NCBI GenBank assembly: GCA_016866335.1
Contig: VGMT01000011.1
Location: 4,033 to 68,032 of the forward strand
Direction: 5' to 3'
DNA: 64,000 nt
DNA from: Bacteroidota bacterium
GTDB taxonomy: Bacteria; Bacteroidota; Bacteroidia; CAIKAF01
The position numbers and the translations under genes were made by a program. Below are positions 20,433 through 28,618 of the stretch, piece after piece (position 1 is the stretch's first letter; every line of letters begins with the position of its first letter). The notes under the pieces were generated by a model. It saw only the letters and a program-made list of their open reading frames with translations, made no database searches and was not told the origin of the DNA.

Positions 20433-21290
20433 ATGAAACATATAGCATTTTATCTACTGGGTTTTATTCTAATTGGAAGCGCTTGCCAGCAAACCGATCC
20501 TGAGCTGGGGCCACCACCCACCGAACAGGATGCTCAAATTTTTATGGAAGTTTCACCCAACTCCAACAACATTCTTCTATTTCGCTGCGGAAATCAACAA
20601 CTTCTAGCTATCTGGGATTTTGGCAATCAAACCGGAGCCAAGGGCACCTCTGTAGAAGGGCGTTTCCCATACGCAGGAACCTATACAGTTCAGGTACGGG
20701 TTTTTAATAAAGGAGGTAGCCGTACCAATTCCATTACTGTTACCATTGCCCAAGACGACCTGTCTTTGCTCGACCATCCTATTTTTAATGCCCTTACAGG
20801 CGGTCCTCAAAATGGGGGCATTAAAACCTGGCGCATTGATTCAATGGCTTCCGGCCACATGGGCGTTGGTCCCGACCCCGAAAGTGCCGCAGGCGCCATT
20901 CCTGAATGGTGGGCAGCAAGTCCTGCCGACAAATCCGGTTGTGGGATGTACGATGATAGATTTACCTTTTCACTCAGTGGATTCGGTTTTACCATGCAAA
21001 CCAATGGAGATGTATACGTTCACAATACCATTGCTAATCAATTTCCAGGTTCATTTATGAATAAAGGAGACTACACGGCACCCTTCGATGACAACATAAC
21101 CTCTTCATGGAACCTGATTGAAGAGGGAGAAAATTCATTTCTAGAAATTTCAGGCAGCGCATTCCTAGGTTTTTACACGGGGGTACGTACCTACCGAATT
21201 TTAGAATTTTCCGATTCTCATATAAGCCTTCAATATAAACACCATGCTGGTGGTTTGCATTGGTACATTAAACTCGTTCCTGCCCAATGA
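20433..21290 (+). CDS. PKD-domain surface lipoprotein (probable glycan-binding protein)
   Basis: Lipobox GSAC, PKD WDFGN...GTYTV, C-terminal GVGP/WW/DD domain; position after susD. Confidence 0.75.
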   Translation: MKHIAFYLLGFILIGSACQQTDPELGPPPTEQDAQIFMEVSPNSNNILLFRCGNQQLLAIWDFGNQTGAKGTSVEGRFPYAGTYTVQVRVFNKGGSRTNSITVTIAQDDLSLLDHPIFNALTGGPQNGGIKTWRIDSMASGHMGVGPDPESAAGAIPEWWAASPADKSGCGMYDDRFTFSLSGFGFTMQTNGDVYVHNTIANQFPGSFMNKGDYTAPFDDNITSSWNLIEEGENSFLEISGSAFLGFYTGVRTYRILEFSDSHISLQYKHHAGGLHWYIKLVPAQ

Positions 21291-22387
21291 TGTATTCTCT
21301 TTTGTCGGTTTCAGCTCTGGCAGCTGTCCTTACTCTTTCTAGTTGTGAATCTGATCCCGTTAATCAGGTGATTTTGCCAGAAAATCTTCAGATTTCCACT
21401 TTAGTTTCTGAAACTGGCCTAGCTGAAATAACAGCTCAAGCTGACTTTACTAATTTTTACACCGCCACGGTTTGGAATGGTTCAGATTCCGTTCATTTTC
21501 AGGAAACCTCTGGCAATTTTTCCTGGCAATTGACTGCCCCAGGCACATACGCCTTCAGGGTTCGTGCTCACACTACCGCTACCGATTTCATTGAAAAATT
21601 AGATACTCTTATCTGGTTTGTCGATACCAGCAACTCTGGTAGCTTCCCTTCAAGCGGGTATTCCACTCCAATTTCATACCCTGGTTATACCTTGGTTTGG
21701 AACGATGAGTTTTCAGGAACCGCCTTATCGTCCGATTGGGTGTTTGACATTGGAACAGGAAATTTCGGCTGGGGAAACAATGAACTTCAATACTATACCA
21801 ACCAAAACGTTAGAGTTCTGAAAGGAGTTCTTGAGATTACGGCTAAAAAGGAGCCATTCAATACCTCTCAGTATACATCTACCCGAATCAAAACTCTAGG
21901 TCAAAAATCGGTGAAATATGGCCGCATTGATATCCGCGCAGCCATGCCACAAGGTCAAGGGATTTGGCCCGCTTTGTGGATGCTTGGTGATGCGTTTTCA
22001 TCCATTGGATGGCCTCACTGTGGAGAAATAGATATTATGGAAATGATTGGAGGCCAGGGCAACAACGACCGCACAGCCCATGGCACTGCACATTGGTTTA
22101 ACAACGGCCATGCCAGCCATACCGACAGTAAAACTATTCCTTCAGGTACCCTTGCCGATAAGTTCCATGTTTACAGCATAATATGGAACGCTCAATCCAT
22201 TACTTGGCTGTTTGATGACCAGGTATACAATACATTGTCCATTACAGATGCTCAATTTTCAGCGTTTCATGAACCTTTCTTCTTCATATTTAATGTAGCA
22301 GTGGGTGGAAACTGGCCAGGCCCACCAAATGCCTCTACCAGTTTTCCTCAATCTATGTATGTGGATTATGTTCGGGTTTTTCAATAA
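21287..22387 (+). CDS. Glycoside hydrolase family 16 endo-beta-1,3-glucanase (laminarinase), lipoprotein
   Basis: LVWNDEF, GWGNNELQYY, WPALWM, catalytic EIDIME, NVAVGGNWPG; lipobox LSSC. Confidence 0.93.
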   Translation: MMYSLLSVSALAAVLTLSSCESDPVNQVILPENLQISTLVSETGLAEITAQADFTNFYTATVWNGSDSVHFQETSGNFSWQLTAPGTYAFRVRAHTTATDFIEKLDTLIWFVDTSNSGSFPSSGYSTPISYPGYTLVWNDEFSGTALSSDWVFDIGTGNFGWGNNELQYYTNQNVRVLKGVLEITAKKEPFNTSQYTSTRIKTLGQKSVKYGRIDIRAAMPQGQGIWPALWMLGDAFSSIGWPHCGEIDIMEMIGGQGNNDRTAHGTAHWFNNGHASHTDSKTIPSGTLADKFHVYSIIWNAQSITWLFDDQVYNTLSITDAQFSAFHEPFFFIFNVAVGGNWPGPPNASTSFPQSMYVDYVRVFQ

Positions 22388-22393
22388 TTTCCC

Positions 22394-22414
22394 TTATTGT
22401 ATTTAATACAATTA
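22394..22414. promoter_or_regulatory. Putative NrtR-family operator upstream of the T9SS cargo gene
   Basis: TTATTGTATTTAATACAATTA; perfect inner palindrome ATTGTATT-T-AATACAAT. Confidence 0.7.
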
Positions 22415-22456
22415 TTATTTACTTTTAACTTACAATTAAACTAAAACATTCTTCTT

Positions 22457-23569
22457 ATGAAAAAACTTTTTCTTGCAATGATGCTTCCAACCGCCCTGAT
22501 GGCTCAGGTTGAAGGAACATGGAAACTGGCTCAACAATCTGGTGCTTTGGGTGTAGGCCCCAACAAAGGCAATATTTCCTGGTGGAGCAATTCCCCAACC
22601 GATTTAACAACGCGCGCCTGTTTGTTTGATGACTCTATTACCTTCAATACCAACGGTCAAATGTTGCATTACATGGATGGCAATACTTGGGTAGAGGTAT
22701 GGCAAGGCGCTGGCGCCGATGGCTGTGGTACTCCTGTAGCGCCCCACGATGGTTCTGGTCAATACACTTGGAGTTTTGATGCTACTCAAGGAACTTTGAC
22801 TGTTAATGGATTGGGTGCCCATATGGGTTTGGCTAAGGTGATTAACGGTGCCGAAATTAACAACCCCAATTTGGCGGCCTCTTCTATTACCTATGAAGCT
22901 GCACTTTCCAACAACAACCAAACTTTGACCTTAGATATTAACTTCGGTGGTGGCTACTGGCGTTTTGTTTACAATAAAATCACTTCAATCCCTGTTCCCC
23001 TTCCAAAGGTTACGTTCCGAGTCGATATGGCAGATTACACCGGATCCACCGCCAACGGTGTCTTCCTAAACGGTGAAATGAATGGCTGGTGCGGTTCTTG
23101 CGCTCCTATGGTGAATACCTCGGCAGACATCTGGGAACTGCAAGTAGATGTGCCTGCAGGACCAGTTCAATACAAATTTACCGTTGACGGCTGGTCCGAT
23201 AAAGAGAATTTCGTTGGCGGTGAGGCCTGTGTAGACACAGTTAACGATGGTTTCTTCAACCGCGTATACGATGTAACAGGCGATGCAGTTCTTGCCCTTG
23301 TTTGCTTCAACAGCTGTACAGACTGCGCCACCACAGGTATTGAATCAAACGGTATTTCCGTAAACGTGTACCCCAATCCCACCGAAGATTTAGTTCAGGT
23401 TACTTCATCCAATTCTGTAATTTCAATAACTTTATTTGACCTTGTTGGTCGTAAGGTGGCTGAAAACCATTCTGATGTATTGAATGTAGCTCATTTAAAC
23501 AGCGGTACCTACCGTTTGGTAGTAGAGCACGAAAAAGGAATCTATTCAACCACCCTAATTAAACGGTAA
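22457..23569 (+). CDS. T9SS type A cargo protein with putative glycan-binding domains
   Basis: Signal peptide, GVGP/WW/DD domain, CBM48/Ig-like VTFRVDM...YKF, C-terminal VYPNP...GTY...LIKR. Confidence 0.8.
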   Translation: MKKLFLAMMLPTALMAQVEGTWKLAQQSGALGVGPNKGNISWWSNSPTDLTTRACLFDDSITFNTNGQMLHYMDGNTWVEVWQGAGADGCGTPVAPHDGSGQYTWSFDATQGTLTVNGLGAHMGLAKVINGAEINNPNLAASSITYEAALSNNNQTLTLDINFGGGYWRFVYNKITSIPVPLPKVTFRVDMADYTGSTANGVFLNGEMNGWCGSCAPMVNTSADIWELQVDVPAGPVQYKFTVDGWSDKENFVGGEACVDTVNDGFFNRVYDVTGDAVLALVCFNSCTDCATTGIESNGISVNVYPNPTEDLVQVTSSNSVISITLFDLVGRKVAENHSDVLNVAHLNSGTYRLVVEHEKGIYSTTLIKR

Positions 23570-23593
23570 TTTGGTTTTCTTTGAATAGCATTG

Positions 23594-23626
23594 CAGAGGT
23601 GGGGGAAACTCCACCTCTGTTTTTTT
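23594..23626 (+). terminator. Intrinsic terminator after the T9SS cargo gene
   Basis: CAGAGGTGGGG-GAAA-CTCCACCTCTG followed by T7. Confidence 0.85.
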
Positions 23627-23638
23627 AATCTATCGCCT

Positions 23639-25279
23639 ATGTCCACCATTGACCTTTTGGTAATTTTTTCTTACGCCATGATAATTATGGGCTTAGGTTG
23701 GTTTGTTGCCCTTCGCTCTAAAAAAATAGACCAAACCGCCTCCGATTTTTTCTTGGCAAACAAATCCCTTCCCTGGTGGGCCATCGGTGCTTCTTTGATT
23801 GCAGCCAACATCTCGGCCGAACAATTTATTGGCATGTCTGGATCAGGGTTCTCGGTAGGTCTTGCAATTGCCTCTTACGAATGGATGGCCGCCATTACCC
23901 TTTTGCTCGTTGGCAAGTTTTTCTTGCCCTTGTATCTAAAACTGGAAATTTCTACCATCCCTGAGTTCATCGAAAAACGATATTCCTCCCAACTTAAATC
24001 CATCTTAGCACTTTTTTGGGTTTTTCTTTATGTATTCGTAAACATTGCCTCTGTTTTATACCTTGGGGCTCTCTCCATACAAGGATTGTTCGACCTTCCG
24101 CTAATTTATGGTATTCTATTGCTGGCCCTTTTTTCAGGAGCCTATTCCATTTACGGTGGATTGGCATCCGTGGCATGGACCGATGTAGTTCAAGTGGTTT
24201 TCTTAATTGTTGGAGGCTTCCTAACCACGTTTCTGGCCTTGGATTTGGTTTCCCAAGGACAAGGCGCTTGGAATGGCCTTGTGCTTCTTTATGAAGCTGT
24301 TCCCCAAAAATTTGAAATGATTCTTGAGCCTTCCAACCCCCAATACATTAATTTGCCAGGCATCGCTGTTTTAGTTGGTGGTATGTGGGTTGCAAATTTG
24401 TACTATTGGGGTTTTAACCAATACATTATTCAACGCACCTTGGCCGCCAAATCTTTGAAGGAGGCACAAAATGGGATCCTTTTTGCAGCTGGAATAAAAT
24501 TATTATTGCCCCTGCTGGTTGTTATTCCAGGCATTGCGGCCTTTGTTATTGTTCAAAATCCAGATATTTTGGCTTCCCTCGGAAGCAATGCACTTGAATA
24601 CGCCCCCAACGCGCAACACCCAGATCGGGCCTACCCATGGTTGCTAAACCTACTCCCTCCCGGAATTAAGGGACTCGCTTTCGCTGCACTATGCGCTGCC
24701 ATTGTTTCTTCCCTAGCCTCTATGGTTAATTCCACTTCAACCATCCTTACCCTTGATGTTTTTGCCCCTTTTTCAAAAGTACGCCCAAACGACAAACGCC
24801 TGATTCAATTCGGACGCATATCTGGGATTTTCGCCCTTGGGCTAGGAGTCCTTACTGCCCCCTTATTGGGCAACATCGAACAAGCTTTTCAATTTATTCA
24901 AGAATACACAGGCCTGGTTAGCCCTGGTATTTTAGCCATTTTTGTTTTAGGCCTTTTTACTCGATTTGCAACAAATAAAGCAGCCATTTTTGGAATTATT
25001 TTCTCTACAGCGCTCGCTCTTTATTTCAAAGTTGGTGCAAACGGCTGGATTGCCTCCTCCTTGTTCCCATCCCTTCCATTCATGCATCAAATGGGTATTA
25101 CCTTTGTAGGCACCTGCTTGTTTATTGCCGGATTTAGTTTAATTCAAAATCAAGGAAAGCCCGATAGCAAGGGGTTCCACATTCAAGCCCTCGATTTCAA
25201 AACAGGCTGGGCTTTTAATTTTGCGGCAAGCATCTTGGTGCTAATGGTTGGGTTGTTGTACTGGTTTTTAAGAGATTAA
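23639..25279 (+). CDS. Sodium/sugar symporter (SSS family, SGLT-like)
   Basis: FFLANKSLPWW, IAANISAEQFIGMSG, YYWGFNQYIIQR; many TM helices; ATG 23639 lies after the terminator. Confidence 0.93.
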   Translation: MSTIDLLVIFSYAMIIMGLGWFVALRSKKIDQTASDFFLANKSLPWWAIGASLIAANISAEQFIGMSGSGFSVGLAIASYEWMAAITLLLVGKFFLPLYLKLEISTIPEFIEKRYSSQLKSILALFWVFLYVFVNIASVLYLGALSIQGLFDLPLIYGILLLALFSGAYSIYGGLASVAWTDVVQVVFLIVGGFLTTFLALDLVSQGQGAWNGLVLLYEAVPQKFEMILEPSNPQYINLPGIAVLVGGMWVANLYYWGFNQYIIQRTLAAKSLKEAQNGILFAAGIKLLLPLLVVIPGIAAFVIVQNPDILASLGSNALEYAPNAQHPDRAYPWLLNLLPPGIKGLAFAALCAAIVSSLASMVNSTSTILTLDVFAPFSKVRPNDKRLIQFGRISGIFALGLGVLTAPLLGNIEQAFQFIQEYTGLVSPGILAIFVLGLFTRFATNKAAIFGIIFSTALALYFKVGANGWIASSLFPSLPFMHQMGITFVGTCLFIAGFSLIQNQGKPDSKGFHIQALDFKTGWAFNFAASILVLMVGLLYWFLRD

Positions 25280-25280
25280 T

Positions 25281-25423
25281 TTTGGGCGGCTGCGGGCTTT
25301 CCACTGTAGCTCACTTGCCGGCAGGGGCAGGGGCTTCGTGCGGGCGGGGCTTCCTCTGGTCGCCGCGCCCGCTCGGCCCTTGCTCCTGCCGTCTTCGCTC
25401 ACTGCCGTTGCAATCCCTGCCGC
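25281..25423 (-). repeat. Rod-like structured repeat, copy C (direct repeat of copy B)
   Basis: 143 bp, differs from 12470..12612 only at 25380 and 25384; begins 2 nt after the SSS stop codon. Confidence 0.92.
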
Positions 25424-25441
25424 TCAGCGCCTTCGTGGGCA

Positions 25442-27142
25442 TCAACCGCCTTGGCTTTTTTTCATTCCTACGATTTGGGTGCTAACCGTATAAACCCCTA
25501 TGCTCTTTTTTTTGCCTTTTAAGGTCAATGTATCAATAAATACGGCCTGCATGGGTGCCGGAAAGTCAAGCCGCTTGGCAATGTATTCCGACATAAGCAG
25601 GCGCTGCCCCATGTTTCGGCATTGCTGTAAAATTCGCTCTGTGGTGTTCATTACATCGCCGTGAAACACTATGTCGGCTTTGGTTTTTCCAATCTCGCCC
25701 GCAATTACCCAACCCCCATGAATGGCAACTTTGAAGTCGGGCATAAATCCGTACTTCCGAATGTAAAACCGCTGCTGCCGTTCAACGCCTTGCACAATGC
25801 GGTGATAACAACGCAGGCAGTTGGCCCCATTTAGCCCTTCTTTCATTGGCCAGGTTATAACAGCCTCGTCTCCCACATATTGATAAATTTCGCCGTTGAA
25901 CCTTGCCACCGGTCCCGACAAGGAATTAAAGAAATTTCGGAGTAGGGAATGGTATTTTTCCAAGCTCATGGTCTCGGCCATACCCGTACTTGAATTTAGG
26001 TCGATAAACATAAAAATACGCTCCTCGCCAACGGGCTTATGGTATTTTCCGCGCAAATAACTCCAGAATATCTGTGGTCCAATAATTCGAGAGGTAAGTT
26101 TGATGATATTCAAAATCAGGCTCAACAAAAAGGCATTCCAAGCCAGTCCTAAATACAAGCTGGGCTGCAAAAAATCGTTAGAAATCACCCATTCGCCACT
26201 TTCAACGTACTGCACAAAGGTTAGGGTAAATATCTCGGCCCCAATAAACAAACTTAAAAGTAGGCCAGTTCCCAAAGCCAATGTGGTCGGAAAATTAAAT
26301 TTTCGGGTTATGTACTTGTCAAATGGCTTGTCGCCCCAGCGTAAAATAAGGCCAATCAGTATTCCACTCAATAGGCCTTGGGCAAAGGCCCTCCATTCCG
26401 AGCCCAGCACCGCTACGTTCATGGTTATGGCAATCAAAATGCCTAAAAACAACGATCTAAGGAGTCCTTTTCCTTCGCGCACCCATTGTCTGGGCCAGCG
26501 AAAATGAAATTCTTGTTGGCGCTTTAATCGCTTGGCTCCAAAGGCATCTTGAAGCGCTCCTATATTAAACTGCCGGTTTGCCTCAAACAACGATTTGGCC
26601 GATTCTGTATTAAATGCAGTAGTTTGAATGTAATTCAATTGATGTTCCAACCATTCAATGTCGTTGTAGGTTTTCGATAAATAGACTTTCCATTCATGCC
26701 GAAGAAGTTCGCCTTTCTGAAGAAATTCTCGGCTTCCCATGTTTGCCCTGTCGGCATCTACCAAAATTTTTTCCAATTCGGTTTCAGGCCGGTGGTTGAA
26801 TTTGGTGGCTGAAATTAAATCCAAGACCTGCTGAATGCCATCATCGGGTATTTGTATGGCTTCAAGGAATTCTTTGGCCATGGCTGCGCTGCTTTCTTCA
26901 TGTCCAATGTAGGTACTTAAATAACCAAGGTCATGAAACCAAGCCGCCACCTGAAGCAAAATCAAATCAGAGCTGCTTAGATTCTCCATTTGCCCCAATT
27001 GGTAAGCGGTGGCCACAACTTCGTGGGTATGCTTTAAATTATGGAACATCAACGCGGGCTGCGGATGCGTTTCCATTTGCCGGATTACAAAGGCCTTTGC
27101 CTTGCTTACTACCGAAGCGTCTATGGGTTTTACCGGTTCCAT
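25442..27142 (-). CDS. HD-domain / 4TM / class III adenylate-guanylate-cyclase-family fusion protein
   Basis: FHNLKHT, AAWFHDLGY, HEE, DAD (HD domain); four hydrophobic segments; FIDLNSST, YVGDE, IHGG, GDVMNTTERI (cyclase). Confidence 0.85.
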   Translation of the reverse strand: MEPVKPIDASVVSKAKAFVIRQMETHPQPALMFHNLKHTHEVVATAYQLGQMENLSSSDLILLQVAAWFHDLGYLSTYIGHEESSAAMAKEFLEAIQIPDDGIQQVLDLISATKFNHRPETELEKILVDADRANMGSREFLQKGELLRHEWKVYLSKTYNDIEWLEHQLNYIQTTAFNTESAKSLFEANRQFNIGALQDAFGAKRLKRQQEFHFRWPRQWVREGKGLLRSLFLGILIAITMNVAVLGSEWRAFAQGLLSGILIGLILRWGDKPFDKYITRKFNFPTTLALGTGLLLSLFIGAEIFTLTFVQYVESGEWVISNDFLQPSLYLGLAWNAFLLSLILNIIKLTSRIIGPQIFWSYLRGKYHKPVGEERIFMFIDLNSSTGMAETMSLEKYHSLLRNFFNSLSGPVARFNGEIYQYVGDEAVITWPMKEGLNGANCLRCYHRIVQGVERQQRFYIRKYGFMPDFKVAIHGGWVIAGEIGKTKADIVFHGDVMNTTERILQQCRNMGQRLLMSEYIAKRLDFPAPMQAVFIDTLTLKGKKKSIGVYTVSTQIVGMKKSQGG

Positions 27143-28029
27143 GGATGAAATTGAATGAGCTGTTCTTTAATAAAGCTACGGTCTAGGTGGGTGTAAATTT
27201 CAGTGGTGGTAATCGATGCATGCCCCAGCAATTCTTGAACCACCCGCAAGTCGGCGCCCCCTTCTATCAAATGTGTTGCAAAGGAATGCCTTAAGGAATG
27301 GGGCCCAATATTTTTTCGAATTCCAGCCAAGGCAAGGTGCTTTTTTAGGCTTAAAAATACCCATTGCCTCGACAAGCCTTTGCCCCTGCGGTTCAAAAAA
27401 AGGGTGTCGTTGTGGCCTTTGGCTTTCGGAATATCTGACCGAACCGATGTTAGGTATTGACGAATAGCCAAAACCGCGGAATCGGCAACGGGCACCAGCC
27501 TTTCCTTGTCGCCCTTGCCAATCACGCGAATGAAACCATCGTCAAAATACAGCTGCGAGCAGGTTAGATTGACCAATTCTGAAACCCGCAATCCGCAGGC
27601 ATACAGCAATTGAAAAATGGCATAATCGCGTATTCCATCGGGCCTGCTGCGATCTACAATTTCAAGCAGGGCGTCCACTTCTTGAATTTCCAGGTAATGG
27701 GGTAGGGGCTTTGATAGTTCCGGCATATCCACCTCAGTACTGGGGTCGAGTTCACAGAGTTTTTCTTGCCGTAAAAACCGGTAAAAAGCACGCAATCCCG
27801 AAATGAATCGAGCTTGTGTTCGGGCAGAAATACCCAAATCATGGAGTTCGGCTAAAAAGTGCTGCAATTCAGCAACATCGGCCTGAAAAACCGCTATTTT
27901 TTGCCTTTCCAAAAAACCGAGCCAAGACCGTACATCATGGTCGTAGGCTTTCAGGCTGTTGTCGCTAAGCCCTTGCTCTAAGCTAAGCCATCGGTAAAAG
28001 CGCTCTGGCAGGTCGGTGCTTGTTGACAT
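27130..28029 (-). CDS. xerD: Site-specific tyrosine recombinase XerD
   Basis: GLRVSEL, GKGDKERLVP, HSLRHSFATHL, LLGHASITTTEIYTH. Confidence 0.9.
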   Translation of the reverse strand: MSTSTDLPERFYRWLSLEQGLSDNSLKAYDHDVRSWLGFLERQKIAVFQADVAELQHFLAELHDLGISARTQARFISGLRAFYRFLRQEKLCELDPSTEVDMPELSKPLPHYLEIQEVDALLEIVDRSRPDGIRDYAIFQLLYACGLRVSELVNLTCSQLYFDDGFIRVIGKGDKERLVPVADSAVLAIRQYLTSVRSDIPKAKGHNDTLFLNRRGKGLSRQWVFLSLKKHLALAGIRKNIGPHSLRHSFATHLIEGGADLRVVQELLGHASITTTEIYTHLDRSFIKEQLIQFHPWNR

Positions 28030-28133
28030 ACTTCAAAGGTACATAGGCTGAGCTTAGCTTGCAAGGTTATGAAATCCCCTTGATTTTGCTAAGCTGTTCA
28101 ACAAAGGTTAGTTTTACCTGAAATCCAAGTACA

Positions 28134-28565
28134 ATGAAAACCATTTTCCGTATCGTTCATTCCGCTTTATTTGTTCTCATTTTTGTATCGTTTCAATCGC
28201 TTTTAGCCCAGGGAAGCCTTCAATTTAATCAGGTATTGCTCATTTCGACGGCCGATACGGTTCCGGCAAACAAGGTGTGGAAAATTGAGGCATTGGCTTA
28301 CAACGGTGGGGCACCTTTTGCCAGTGGAGCAAATAACTATAGCCACCTTTTTTCAGGAAACCGTGGATTTGAGGGTATAGCCCGTTTTCTAATCAATGGC
28401 AGTCCAGTTGTTTTGCCCGTTACCTACCTGACAAATAATTATAATGCAACATCAAGCGTTAACCCAAACTTTACCTTCCCTATGTGGTTGCCAGCGGGTA
28501 GTATTTTAACACCCCAAACCAATATATCTTACCTCAGCGTACTTGAATTCAACCTTGTTCCCTAA
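28134..28565 (+). CDS. Small secreted hypothetical protein (TVPANKVWKIE family)
   Basis: Signal peptide ending LLA-Q; conserved blocks shared with 8934..9326. Confidence 0.75.
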   Translation: MKTIFRIVHSALFVLIFVSFQSLLAQGSLQFNQVLLISTADTVPANKVWKIEALAYNGGAPFASGANNYSHLFSGNRGFEGIARFLINGSPVVLPVTYLTNNYNATSSVNPNFTFPMWLPAGSILTPQTNISYLSVLEFNLVP

Positions 28566-28618
28566 ACATGGGTCAAGGGAATGAACTGCTCCGTTTTTTC
28601 TTGCTCTTCTTTTGGCTT

